Source of the DNA: Gammaproteobacteria bacterium
GTDB taxonomy: Bacteria; Pseudomonadota; Gammaproteobacteria; Arenicellales; JAJDZL01
Assembly (NCBI GenBank): GCA_022824665.1
Contig: JAJDZL010000158.1
Span: 23,847 to 47,846, forward strand
DNA: 24,000 nt
Reading direction: 5' to 3'
This document shows positions 1 to 9,287 of this stretch, piece after piece. Position 1 is the first letter of the stretch. Each line of letters starts with the position of its first letter. The notes below the pieces were generated by a model. That model was not told the DNA's origin. It did not search any database and saw nothing but the letters and a program-made list of their open reading frames with translations. A program made the position numbers and the translations under genes.

Positions 1-329
1 GCTGACGTACCAATGAGCTCCTCGCCTTCAGAGTCTACCAGCACGGCATCGTTCGGTTGCGACACCAGGCGAACGTGCCCGGAACCCAGGGAGCCATATA
101 GATCAATCTGCTGGTGGCGATTCACGCTTCGCGCCCACCGTAGCCGCCCGATCTGACCGCCTTTTTCGGTGCGCAGACTCAATCGGCCCCTGATATTCCA
201 GCCTGCAACGGGCTTTACGGACTCGAGGTGACGACTGAGGACTGCGGGATCAAATGACTGAATGCTCTTTTGCTGGGTTGCACATCCCCCCAGCATCAGC
301 ACGATGGCCAGCACCACCCGGACAAGCAT
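1..329 (-). CDS. lolB: Outer-membrane lipoprotein LolB, N-terminal ~109 codons only (the ORF runs off the left edge, so it is not in the ORF track)
   Basis: My manual reverse-strand translation from the ATG at 329-327 gives MLVRVVLAIVLMLGGCATQQKS...WNIRGRLSLRTEKGGQIGRLRWAR...IDLYGSLGSGHVRLV. It has a lipobox (LGGC) and a LolB-like W..GRLSL / W core. Its ATG shares one base with the TGA of the upstream TPR gene (TGATG). The TPR-lolB order is as in Pseudomonas. Confidence 0.7.
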   Translation of the reverse strand, partial: MLVRVVLAIVLMLGGCATQQKSIQSFDPAVLSRHLESVKPVAGWNIRGRLSLRTEKGGQIGRLRWARSVNRHQQIDLYGSLGSGHVRLVSQPNDAVLVDSEGEELIGTS

Positions 330-2080
330 CATTGGCCGGTCAATCGTTCTATCGTCTCAGTCAGGATTTCGCTGTCGGGCGTTTTCTTGCGGGCTCGTTC
401 CCAAATTCGCCTGGCCTTCTGCGTGCGCCCTACGATCCAGTACACCTCACCAAGATGGGCCGCCATCACCGGATCATCACGACGCGACAGTGCGACCTCC
501 AACAACTCAATTGCCAGGTCATACTCACCCTGTTTGAAGTGCGCCCAACCCATACTGTCCAGAATGTAGGGATCATTCGGCTTTTGCTCCAGTGCTCGTT
601 CAATATAGCGCGTACCCTCTTCGAGACGGTCGGTCTGGTCGATCAGTGTATAACCCAGCGCATTAAGTGCCAGCGGATTTTCCGGTTGCTGCGCCAGCAC
701 TGCGTTAACAGCAGCTTCAACCTGGTCGATCATGTTTAACTCTGCTGCGGTGTAGCTTTTCGCAATCAAGAGCGTGGTATTGGCGGGAAATTCATTGAGT
801 GCCGATTCCAGCACTGACAGGGCCTGCTGAAACTGACTGTTCTCGCGGTACAAGCCCTCGATGATGAGGATAATGCGGATTCTTTGCTGATTATTTTCAA
901 CAGGATATTCTTGCAGCAGATCAACTGCCTCAGCCACACTGCGGGTGCCGGCAATATACTTGGCGGTCAGCAGAAAACGGCTGAATGCAAGATTGCGACT
1001 GCTAATCCGGCTGATCCAGTTGCTGGCCTCTTCATAGTTTTCCTGATCCATCGCCAACTCAGCGAGACTCACCAGCACGTGCTGATTGTTTGGCTGCAGG
1101 GTGTGAAATTCAAGGAACTTGTCGCGCGACAGGTCGGGGTAATTCGCCTGTTCATGCAATGTTCCCAGCATATACATCGATTCGGCATCAGCAATGATTT
1201 CATACTGTTTGACCGCCTCACGATAATAGCCCTGATCAGCCAGATACGCGGCGTAGCTGTGTCGCAGCTTGTCAGAGTTCGGATGACGGGTCAGAAATCT
1301 TTCGACAAATTCGAGTGCCGCTTCAACTTTGCCCCGGCCCAGGCTAAGCGAAAACGATACTGCTGCCAGATCATCAGAATTCGGATCCATCGCGAAGCCA
1401 TCTTCAACCAGACTATCGATCAATGCACCGTCCTTTTCAGCTGCAATAGCAAGTTCAATTAGCTGCAGACGGCCATATAAGCTCTCTGAATTGTCTTCGA
1501 TAACCCTTGCAAACAGATCATAGGCGAGCTCGGGGGTCAAATTGCTGCTCAGCGTTCTGCCAATATTCTGAATCGTCGATTCCTCCGGTTCCGTCGACAG
1601 CTTCAGCGTCTGTCGAAAACCCTCGACTGCACGATCATACCTTTGCGTGGCAACTTGTGAAACCGCATTGGCATACCAGGCTGTTGCCGATTGGGGGCGC
1701 AGCTCCACCCACAGGTCTGATGTATTTGAAGCCACATCAAACTGCCGATGACTGATGGCTCTTAAGGAAACTGTTTCAGCAATGCGCGGGTCGCGGGTTT
1801 CAAAGGCAAGTTTTTCGAAAATTTCCAGTGACGTCAGTACATCGTTTCGAAAATAAGCGATCTCTGCAACCAGCAGATTGTGGAGCAACTCGGCTGACAG
1901 TTCATTAGTCGGTATACCGACTGCCACCAGATTAGTTTCAGCAGCCTCCAGCTCGTCAGGCGTGCCAGCCTGTTGCGCCACCGGAACGCATGCGGCCAAT
2001 TGCAGTGCACCAGCAATTGCAACTAGCAGCAAAGGTCGTTTAATAAGAGCAGACACTTTAAGTTTATCTTTTTCGGTCAT
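329..2080 (-). CDS. TPR-repeat lipoprotein (homologue of the TPR protein that precedes lolB in pseudomonads)
   Basis: 597-aa ORF 329-2122. The internal Met at 2080 gives MTEKDKLKVSALIKRPLLLVAIAGALQLAAC, a basic n-region, hydrophobic core and L-A-A-C lipobox, so 2080 is my preferred start (2122 is the alternative). Many TPR-like helical pairs are present, e.g. GEYDLAIELLEVAL and YYREAVKQYEII. Confidence 0.75.
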   Translation of the reverse strand: MTEKDKLKVSALIKRPLLLVAIAGALQLAACVPVAQQAGTPDELEAAETNLVAVGIPTNELSAELLHNLLVAEIAYFRNDVLTSLEIFEKLAFETRDPRIAETVSLRAISHRQFDVASNTSDLWVELRPQSATAWYANAVSQVATQRYDRAVEGFRQTLKLSTEPEESTIQNIGRTLSSNLTPELAYDLFARVIEDNSESLYGRLQLIELAIAAEKDGALIDSLVEDGFAMDPNSDDLAAVSFSLSLGRGKVEAALEFVERFLTRHPNSDKLRHSYAAYLADQGYYREAVKQYEIIADAESMYMLGTLHEQANYPDLSRDKFLEFHTLQPNNQHVLVSLAELAMDQENYEEASNWISRISSRNLAFSRFLLTAKYIAGTRSVAEAVDLLQEYPVENNQQRIRIILIIEGLYRENSQFQQALSVLESALNEFPANTTLLIAKSYTAAELNMIDQVEAAVNAVLAQQPENPLALNALGYTLIDQTDRLEEGTRYIERALEQKPNDPYILDSMGWAHFKQGEYDLAIELLEVALSRRDDPVMAAHLGEVYWIVGRTQKARRIWERARKKTPDSEILTETIERLTGQ

Positions 2081-2376
2081 AACGGCGAAAACAACCGGCC
2101 TGGTCCGGCCGGCTATACGCATAATGCGGGCGGCAGCTGAACGCGAGATTCAATACCCCCAATAATCGAATACCTCGATGTATGGCCGCTACTGAACTCA
2201 CCCGGCCACCGGTGAAATTGAGCTCGTCCAGTATCCTTAAGAGGTTAGTTTCCTTGGCTTCATTATAATGATTGTGTTGTCGGTCACATTAGTTTCACTT
2301 TGCCCCACCGGCAGTTACACCAGTTCACCAAAATGCATGCGGTTTGCAACGTTCCACCCTGCTCCAGCTGCGCGAC

Positions 2377-3465
2377 ATGAAAGACACATTAAGAGAAAAA
2401 CTCAAGGTGCTGCTCGCAAGATACGACACCCTGAATCAGCAGTTGTCGGACTCTGAAGTGCTGCAGCAGCCCAATCAGGTGCGGGATTTGTCAATCGAAC
2501 TCGCCGAAATCTCGGAAGTCGTCCAGACTTACGAGAAATATTGCGCATTAGAGGAGGAATTGGCAGAGGCCGACGCGCTATTGCAGGACCCCGACCCGCA
2601 AATTCAGACTTTCGCCAAGGAGGAGTGTGAGAGCATTGAAAGTGGCCTAAAAACAACACTGGAGGACTTGCAGAGGCTGCTGCTGCCAAAAGACCCCAAT
2701 GACAAACGTAATATTTTTCTCGAAATTCGCGCTGGCACCGGCGGCGATGAAGCCGCGATATTTGCGGGCGATCTGCTTCGCATGTACAAACTCTACGTTC
2801 AGAACCAGGGCTGGAAAAGCGAAACCGTCAGTCAGAATGAAGGCGAACATGGCGGCTTCAAAGAGGTTATTTTGCGCGTGATCGGCAAAGGCGCCTATTC
2901 AAGGCTTAAGTTCGAATCCGGTGCACACCGGGTACAAAGGGTGCCCAAAACTGAAACGCAGGGCCGAATTCACACCTCCGCTTGCACGGTGGCGATTTTG
3001 CCGGAAGCTGACAAGATCGATGACGTTGAGATCGACACACAGGATCTTCGCGTCGACACTTATCGGGCTTCAGGTGCAGGCGGACAGCACGTCAATCGTA
3101 CCGATTCTGCAGTGCGAATCACACACCTGCCGTCGGGCATCGTGGTCGAGTGTCAGGACGAGCGCTCGCAGCATCAGAACCGCGCCCGGGCGATGGCAAT
3201 GCTGCGTGCACGTCTTTTACAGGCTGAGATCCAAAAGCAGCATGAACAGCAGACCGAAGCGCGCCGACTGATGGTCGGCAGCGGCGATCGCTCAGAGCGC
3301 ATCCGGACTTACAATTTTCCGCAAAGCCGGGTCACCGATCATCGCATCAACCTCACGCTTTATAAACTTGATGAAATCATTGCCGGCAACATTGACCTGA
3401 TCATCGAGCAGCTCACAACAGAATACCAGGCGGGGCTGATGGCTGACATGAGCGGCTTTCAGTGA
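2377..3465 (+). CDS. prfA: Peptide chain release factor 1
   Basis: GGQ motif ([28 protein letters not shown]) and a P-x-T-type tripeptide (PKT). At 362 aa from the ATG at 2377 (MKDTLREKL...) it is close to E. coli RF1 (~360 aa). The track start at 2344 is a TTG 11 codons upstream. Confidence 0.95.
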   Translation: MKDTLREKLKVLLARYDTLNQQLSDSEVLQQPNQVRDLSIELAEISEVVQTYEKYCALEEELAEADALLQDPDPQIQTFAKEECESIESGLKTTLEDLQRLLLPKDPNDKRNIFLEIRAGTGGDEAAIFAGDLLRMYKLYVQNQGWKSETVSQNEGEHGGFKEVILRVIGKGAYSRLKFESGAHRVQRVPKTETQGRIHTSACTVAILPEADKIDDVEIDTQDLRVDTYRASGAGGQHVNRTDSAVRITHLPSGIVVECQDERSQHQNRARAMAMLRARLLQAEIQKQHEQQTEARRLMVGSGDRSERIRTYNFPQSRVTDHRINLTLYKLDEIIAGNIDLIIEQLTTEYQAGLMADMSGFQ

Positions 3466-4370
3466 CCCAATTGAAATCGCTTACGGTTGGCGCAGCAAGG
3501 CGCGCGGGACGCGCAGTGCTAGGCGCCACAATCGACAGCGCCGCGCTGGATGCGGACCTGCTGCTTTGCGAAACGCTTTCGCTTGAGCGCAATATGCTGG
3601 ACCTGCTGGAGCGAAGCGAGCTTGACACCGCGCAGCGAAGTCGCTTTGAAGCGCTGCTGCAGCGCAGACTCGATGGCGAGCCGGTTGCATACATGATCCG
3701 CACGCGGTCTTTCTGGACGATTGAAGTTGAGGTCAGCCCTGCAACACTGGTGCCCCGTCCGGAAACTGAGCTCGTGGTCGAGCGCGCACTTTATCACGCA
3801 AGCAATCTCAGGCAGCCACAGATTGCTGATCTCGGCACAGGTTCAGGCTGTATTGCGCTGGCACTTGCAAGCGAGCTTTCTCATGCACGGATTGTCGCAA
3901 CTGACCTGTCTCATGACGCGCTTGCAATTGCCAAGCGCAACCAAACGCTTCTCGGCTTGAACAATATCGAGTTTTTGCACGGCGAATGGACCTCAGCGCT
4001 ACCGGCTGAGGAGTTTGACATTATCGCGGCCAACCCGCCGTATATTGCCGATGGTGACCCTTGTCTTAAGAACAAATTCATGCGTTTTGAACCGCAGATG
4101 GCGCTCATTGGCGGGCCAGACGGGCTGGAATCGATCCGGGAAATCGTCGCCGGCGCATTTGAGCATTTAAAGCCCGGCGGCACTTTGATCATTGAACACG
4201 GCTATGACCAGGGGGAAACAGTCCGCGGCCTGCTGCAAGCGATCAATTTAACCGGCTGTCAAACCTTTCGTGATCTCGCAGGCCTTGAACGGGTAACCGA
4301 GGGACAAAAACCGCTGAGTTCCGGTTTATTCCCGAACAGTCATGCGAATTCAGCCACGACCGGGGTGTGA
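3462..4370 (+). CDS. prmC: Release-factor glutamine N5-methyltransferase PrmC (HemK)
   Basis: NPPY catalytic motif (IIAANPPYI) and SAM-binding [14 protein letters not shown]. The GTG start overlaps the prfA stop (GTGA at 3462-3465). This is the conserved prfA-prmC order. Confidence 0.9.
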   Translation: MTQLKSLTVGAARRAGRAVLGATIDSAALDADLLLCETLSLERNMLDLLERSELDTAQRSRFEALLQRRLDGEPVAYMIRTRSFWTIEVEVSPATLVPRPETELVVERALYHASNLRQPQIADLGTGSGCIALALASELSHARIVATDLSHDALAIAKRNQTLLGLNNIEFLHGEWTSALPAEEFDIIAANPPYIADGDPCLKNKFMRFEPQMALIGGPDGLESIREIVAGAFEHLKPGGTLIIEHGYDQGETVRGLLQAINLTGCQTFRDLAGLERVTEGQKPLSSGLFPNSHANSATTGV

Positions 4371-5104
4371 TCTGACGGGCGCTCCCACTTTCTCGGCTCC
4401 TTGTCAATATGACAGCCGGTGCAGGAGTCACGAAGCTCATCGCTAATCAGGATGTGATCAATTCTGAGCCCCAGATCACGACGAAACCCTGCAGCCCGAT
4501 AGTCCCACCAGGAAAAACTTCGCTCAGGCTGGTCGAACAGGCGAAACGCGTCACTTAAGCCAAGCCCGATAAGCTCGTTGAATTTATCCCGCTCCGGGGT
4601 GCTGCAGAGTATCTTGCCCTCCCACTGATCGGGATCGTGGACATCTTCATCAGCGGGTGCGATATTGAAATCTCCGAGCACTGCCAATTTGGCGTGGTTC
4701 GCAAGTTCCTGCTCAATATAGCGGGTCAGGTGCCCAAGCCACTCAAGTTTATAGTCGTATTTCTCCGAACCAACCGCCTGTCCGTTCGGCACATAGACAT
4801 CAATAATGCGAACGCCATCGACTGTCGCGGTCAAAACCCGTCGCTGCGGGTCATCATAACCGGGGATCCCCTGAACCACATCACTCAACTCGCCTCTCGC
4901 CAATATCGCGACACCGTTATACGTCTTCTGTCCGAAATAACTCATCGAAAACCCGGCCTGTGTTAGTGCCTCGACAGGAAAATTTTCATCGACAGTCTTG
5001 GTCTCCTGCAGGCAAATGACATCCACAGCATGCGATTCATTCCATTGGCAGACATGCTCCAATCGCACCTTCAAAGAATTGACGTTCCATGTAGAAATTT
5101 TCAT
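4340..5104 (-). CDS. xthA: Exodeoxyribonuclease III (AP endonuclease, Xth family)
   Basis: MKISTWNVNSLKVRL..., QETK, GLRIDHILIS and PSDHTPV motifs typical of ExoIII/EEP nucleases; 254 aa. Confidence 0.9.
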   Translation of the reverse strand: MKISTWNVNSLKVRLEHVCQWNESHAVDVICLQETKTVDENFPVEALTQAGFSMSYFGQKTYNGVAILARGELSDVVQGIPGYDDPQRRVLTATVDGVRIIDVYVPNGQAVGSEKYDYKLEWLGHLTRYIEQELANHAKLAVLGDFNIAPADEDVHDPDQWEGKILCSTPERDKFNELIGLGLSDAFRLFDQPERSFSWWDYRAAGFRRDLGLRIDHILISDELRDSCTGCHIDKEPRKWERPSDHTPVVAEFA

Positions 5105-5299
5105 CGTTGTTCCTCAAAAATTGCCATGACGCGACTAAGCGATAGACTTTTACTCATTCTATAATACCGCTTGCCGCGCAGGATGAATGTCATCGTTTTC
5201 ACCCGAATGCCTCGCTTCATTGCCTTGATGCACCGCTCTCAAGGTGGATTGGCCGGTGCATTTCTGTTATTCCTTCGCAAATTTTTGTGCGCGCATAGT

Positions 5300-5376
5300 G
5301 GCTATGTAGCTCAGCTGGTTAGAGCACGGCACTCATAATGCCGGGGTCGGTGGTTCGAGTCCACCCATAGCCACCA
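5300..5376 (+). tRNA. tRNA-Met, anticodon CAT (elongator type), encoded CCA end
   Basis: The 77-nt sequence GGCTATG-TA-GCTC-AGCTGGTTA-GAGC-A-CGGCA-CTCATAA-TGCCG-GGGTC-GGTGG-TTCGAGT-CCACC-CATAGCC-ACCA folds by hand into a cloverleaf with all four stems paired. It is very similar to E. coli elongator tRNA-Met. A lysidine-modified tRNA-Ile2 cannot be strictly excluded from sequence alone. Confidence 0.9.
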
Positions 5377-5437
5377 CTTTGACCCGTGCATGCGTCTCAC
5401 TGCTTCCCTTAAACAACCATCCACACCGCAGCCCGCG

Positions 5438-6688
5438 TCAGTTGTCAGTACGGTCGCGCTCATCATCAGCCAAATGTGCGCGAAAGTCTTCCCGCTCAAT
5501 CAACGCGGCAACCGTTAACCCGATGACGAGTCCCCAGAACGGCGCGCCGATATTCCAGATTGAAACATCGGAAACCGTTACCAGCAAGGCGATCAGCGCA
5601 CTCATCTGAAATCTGCCGGAAAACGCAACGACAAAAGCCCTCAGCAACACCGGCAGCAGTGCCAGCCCGGCCAGCACCGCGATAAACTCTGCCGGCAATT
5701 TAACGATCAGCCAGGTTGCAGCAAACGCAAAGATGCCAAAAACAGTCATCAACGCGCCAAACACCACACCTGCGGTATATTGCCGGAGCCGCTCACCGGC
5801 ACTTGCCAGCACCGCATTGGACGGTCCTGTGACACAGGTTGATACCGCACCAAAAAGTGCATTTACGGCGGCTCCCGCGCCGCAGGCGATCGTCATATTG
5901 TTGACCGGCGGCCGATGTCCGCTATTCATTAACACTGCAAATCCCTGCGCATTTTGCGCCACCAGCACTGTTATCGCAAGCGGCAGAACCAGTTCAAAAA
6001 GCGCTTGTTGAGAGAACTGCGGTAGCTGAAAAACCGGCCATGCAAGCCATTGCGGCACGCCCTGTCCGGCATTGAAATCGCCGCCGATCAGCACGACTGC
6101 AATCCCCGCGACAAGTGCCATGACCACCGGCGGCGCATAGACACCAAGACCCGGCATCAGCAGTACACCGACATAAGCCAGAACCATGGCTGCTGACAGC
6201 ACAAACTCACTCTCAAAGGCAAGCACCAGGTCCAGTCCGAACTGTAGAAAAATACCAGCTACCATAGCCAGCACAACCGGCATCGGCATGTAGCGCATCG
6301 CCTTTCGAACACTGCCGGAAAAACCGATTGCAGCGAGCAGCAGCGCGGTGACCCAAAACGCACCGATGACTTCAGCGAAACTTAAGTGATCCAACGCGGA
6401 TGCCAAGAGCACTGTGCCCGGAATTGTCCAGGCAAAACTGAGCGGTTGGCGATAGGCAAGCGAAAAGCCGATGGTCATCAGGCCACTGAAGACGCAGGCG
6501 GCAAATATCCACGAACCAATCTCAATTTCACTCAGTCCGCCTGCCAGCCCGACAGAGATAATGATTGCCACCGGCCCAGTGCTGGAAAACAAAAACGCAA
6601 CGATCGCAGTGGCGATATAAATACCGCCAATGTCACGGCCAAACTGACGAAGGCCCGCGATGGGGCGCTCTACAGGTTCAAAAATCAT
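5438..6688 (-). CDS. Polytopic inner-membrane permease, BenE (benzoate/H+ symporter, YdcO-like) family
   Basis: 416 aa, almost entirely hydrophobic with about 12 predicted helices. The N-terminal region (...AYRQPLSFAWTIPGTVLLASAL...) resembles BenE-family sequences from memory. The family call was not verified by search. Confidence 0.55.
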   Translation of the reverse strand: MIFEPVERPIAGLRQFGRDIGGIYIATAIVAFLFSSTGPVAIIISVGLAGGLSEIEIGSWIFAACVFSGLMTIGFSLAYRQPLSFAWTIPGTVLLASALDHLSFAEVIGAFWVTALLLAAIGFSGSVRKAMRYMPMPVVLAMVAGIFLQFGLDLVLAFESEFVLSAAMVLAYVGVLLMPGLGVYAPPVVMALVAGIAVVLIGGDFNAGQGVPQWLAWPVFQLPQFSQQALFELVLPLAITVLVAQNAQGFAVLMNSGHRPPVNNMTIACGAGAAVNALFGAVSTCVTGPSNAVLASAGERLRQYTAGVVFGALMTVFGIFAFAATWLIVKLPAEFIAVLAGLALLPVLLRAFVVAFSGRFQMSALIALLVTVSDVSIWNIGAPFWGLVIGLTVAALIEREDFRAHLADDERDRTDN

Positions 6689-6813
6689 CTCAAGTGCTGC
6701 TAACCATTCAGATCAATGCAATGTATTCTATGCAATTTGTACTCACTGACTGGTTGAAGTTTTTTGACCGACTGCAACTCGCCCCGCTGTTCACATAAGG
6801 AGCGCATTAACTG

Positions 6814-7986
6814 ATGAAATTTACCAAACTGGCTGACCGGGTGGGCGGTCCAGGCGCAGATGCATGGGACATTCACTTTGCGGCAATTGAACGGCAGCGC
6901 AACGGGGACAACATCATCGTCCTGTCAATCGGGCAGGAAATGCTGGAGGCGACTCCGTCGGTCATTATTGAAGCAGCCAACAATAGTCTGCAGCGTGCTC
7001 GGCATCACTACAGTGAAATCGGCGGCGAAGAAGATTTGCGGGCAGCCATCGCGAAGCGCTATTCAGCCCAATTGGGCCGGGCTATTGAACCCGACAATGT
7101 CGCCGTCATGTCCGGCGCGCAAAATGCATTGTTTGCCGCATCGCTGTGTGTTCTGGAAGCAGGTGATGAGGCAATCGTCCTGGAACCGTATTATGCAACG
7201 TACCCTGCAACATTCACGGTTGGCGGTGCCCGTCTGGTACCGATCACAACTAAGCCGGAAAAAGATTTCATCCCATCTGCTGATGACATCATGCAAAAGA
7301 TAAACGAACGCACCCGTGCAATTATCGTAAACTCGCCGCACAATCCCTCCGGAATGGTGTATCCGCGCGAATTGATCAATCAAATTGTGCAGATCTGCCG
7401 CAGCAATAACATCTGGCTGATAAGCGACGAGGTTTATGCTTTTCTCGCTGAACCCGGTACGTTTTGCTCACCTGCATCACTGCCTGATGCGTTCGATCAT
7501 TGCATCACCGTGTCGAGTGTGTCCAAGTCCCATCGAATGACCGGTTGGCGGGTCGGCTGGGCCATCGCAAGCAAACCGCTGATTGATCAGATGTTCAATC
7601 TGTCTGTATGCATGAGCTACGGATTGCCCATGTTCACCCAGGACGCGGCGCTCGTCGCCCTTGAGCACTCAGCTGTCATCGAAGCCGAAGTGAGACGCGA
7701 AATCAACCGAAAGCGGCAAATGGTCATCTCCCTTTTGAACCAAATCGACGGCATTGTCGTGCGCGGATCAAAGGTCGGAATGTTTGTTGTATTTGATGTC
7801 AGGGCTGTGCCTGTCAGCGCCAATACTTTCGCCTGGCAACTGCTTGAGCACTATGACGTTGCTGTGCTGCCGTGTACGGCGTTCGGTCCGAGCGGTACCG
7901 GCATTCTCAGAATGAACATCGGGGAGTCAGACGAAAACCTCCAGCACGCCTGCGACAGGATCGGCAAACTCATTCGGAGCCTTTGA
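6814..7986 (+). CDS. Pyridoxal-phosphate-dependent aminotransferase, class I (aspartate/aromatic-type)
   Basis: NSPHNPSG and SVSKSHRMTGWRVGW (PLP-lysine motif S-x-SK...G-x-R-x-G); 390 aa. AAGGAG Shine-Dalgarno at 6797-6802. Confidence 0.85.
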   Translation: MKFTKLADRVGGPGADAWDIHFAAIERQRNGDNIIVLSIGQEMLEATPSVIIEAANNSLQRARHHYSEIGGEEDLRAAIAKRYSAQLGRAIEPDNVAVMSGAQNALFAASLCVLEAGDEAIVLEPYYATYPATFTVGGARLVPITTKPEKDFIPSADDIMQKINERTRAIIVNSPHNPSGMVYPRELINQIVQICRSNNIWLISDEVYAFLAEPGTFCSPASLPDAFDHCITVSSVSKSHRMTGWRVGWAIASKPLIDQMFNLSVCMSYGLPMFTQDAALVALEHSAVIEAEVRREINRKRQMVISLLNQIDGIVVRGSKVGMFVVFDVRAVPVSANTFAWQLLEHYDVAVLPCTAFGPSGTGILRMNIGESDENLQHACDRIGKLIRSL

Positions 7987-8081
7987 GCAAGCACTGCTCA
8001 ATCTTGTCACGCCCGCTGTAATAAAATTTGAGGCGTTTGACTGAATGCCCTGCCGCTGACCGGCTACCACAGATTCAAGAC

Positions 8082-9287
8082 ATGCTGCGCGCACCGCCAT
8101 TTAATTCAGAACTTGAGGACTTCCGACACACAGTTCGCGAGTTTATTCGGGTCAATTTACCGGACCACATTCGCCAGCAGGTTGCCGCAGAAAAAATGGA
8201 CCTGCCGCGTGAAGATCAGGTCTGCTGGCACCGAATTCTCAGAGACAACGGCGGCTGGTGCTGCCCCGCATGGCCCAAAGAGCACGGTGGCCCCGGCTGG
8301 AGTGATGAACAACAGTATGTTTTCGAGCAGGAACTCGCGCTCGGCAATGCGCCGCGACTAATGATTTACGGTGTCGGCATGCTTGGACCGACGCTGTTTG
8401 AGTATGGCAGCGAACAGCAAAGAGAACGCATTTTGCCCGACATCCTGAATGCCGATACCTTCTGGTGTCAGGGTTTTTCTGAGCCGGGTTCTGGTTCTGA
8501 CCTTGCTTCGCTGAATTGCCGGATGACGCCCGATGGTGATGAATACATCGTGAACGGTTCTAAAATCTGGACCAGCGAAGCGCATCTCGCGGACTGGATA
8601 TTTGGTCTTTTTCGCTCCAGTGTAGAAGCACGCAAACAGCAGGGCATCACGTTCTTGCTGATTGATCTTGCCTCTCCCGGTGTAACGGTCCGGCCGCTTA
8701 AGATTTTTGAAGATACCCATGAAGTCAACCAGGTGTTTTTTGACCAGGTGCGCGTACCCAAAGAAAATGTGGTCGGTCGACTCGGGGAGGGCTGGGAGAT
8801 TGGCAAGTACCTGCTGAGCCTGGAGCGGTTCGGTACGGCTGAGGTGTCACGCACCAAAGCCACCATGCAACGCCTGACCGAGTTGGCGTTCGCTGAGATA
8901 CCGGGTGGGACGCGGCTGATCGATCATGTAGATTTCGCTGAGCGTTTCTGTCGCGCAGAGCGTGCGCTACACGCACTGGAAATGACGGAAAGGCGCATTT
9001 TGCTGGGCGATCAACGCGCCGAGTCAATCGGAACCGGTGCTTCCATGCTGAAAATTCGCGGCACTGAAATTCAATCTGATGTTTTTCGCCTGACGGCTGA
9101 AGCAAGTGCGCATTTTGCACACATCGATATCCCGCGCAGCCAGGCGGGCTGCCACTCCGATAGCCCGTACCAACCCGGTGACGCAGCGAGAAACTATTTC
9201 AATTACCGAAAAACCCCGATCTACTCCGGGTCAAACGAGATTCAGCGCAACATCATCGCAAAACTTGAACTGGACCTCAGATCGTGA
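8082..9287 (+). CDS. Acyl-CoA dehydrogenase family protein (probable catalytic subunit of a two-gene pair)
   Basis: GFSEPGSGSDLASL, IVNGSKIWTS and C-terminal PIYSGSNEIQRNIIA are ACAD hallmarks. The ATG at 8082 (MLRAPPFNSELEDFRHTVREFI) is a more typical ACAD N-terminus than the TTG at 8028 used by the track. Confidence 0.85.
   Translation: MLRAPPFNSELEDFRHTVREFIRVNLPDHIRQQVAAEKMDLPREDQVCWHRILRDNGGWCCPAWPKEHGGPGWSDEQQYVFEQELALGNAPRLMIYGVGMLGPTLFEYGSEQQRERILPDILNADTFWCQGFSEPGSGSDLASLNCRMTPDGDEYIVNGSKIWTSEAHLADWIFGLFRSSVEARKQQGITFLLIDLASPGVTVRPLKIFEDTHEVNQVFFDQVRVPKENVVGRLGEGWEIGKYLLSLERFGTAEVSRTKATMQRLTELAFAEIPGGTRLIDHVDFAERFCRAERALHALEMTERRILLGDQRAESIGTGASMLKIRGTEIQSDVFRLTAEASAHFAHIDIPRSQAGCHSDSPYQPGDAARNYFNYRKTPIYSGSNEIQRNIIAKLELDLRS

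Noticed and set aside
254-739. 161-aa plus-strand ORF and neighbouring overlapping plus-strand ORFs (262-537, 270-569, 884-1462, 1878-2165)
   Set aside because: They lie antisense to lolB and the TPR lipoprotein gene, which have clear signal peptide/lipobox and TPR features. Their translations are Pro/Arg/Ser-rich junk typical of shadow frames.
4340-4370. 31-bp convergent 3'-end overlap of prmC and xthA
   Set aside because: This is probably just a slightly extended PrmC C-terminus (...[27 protein letters not shown]). Such short convergent overlaps are common and there is no evidence of special regulation.
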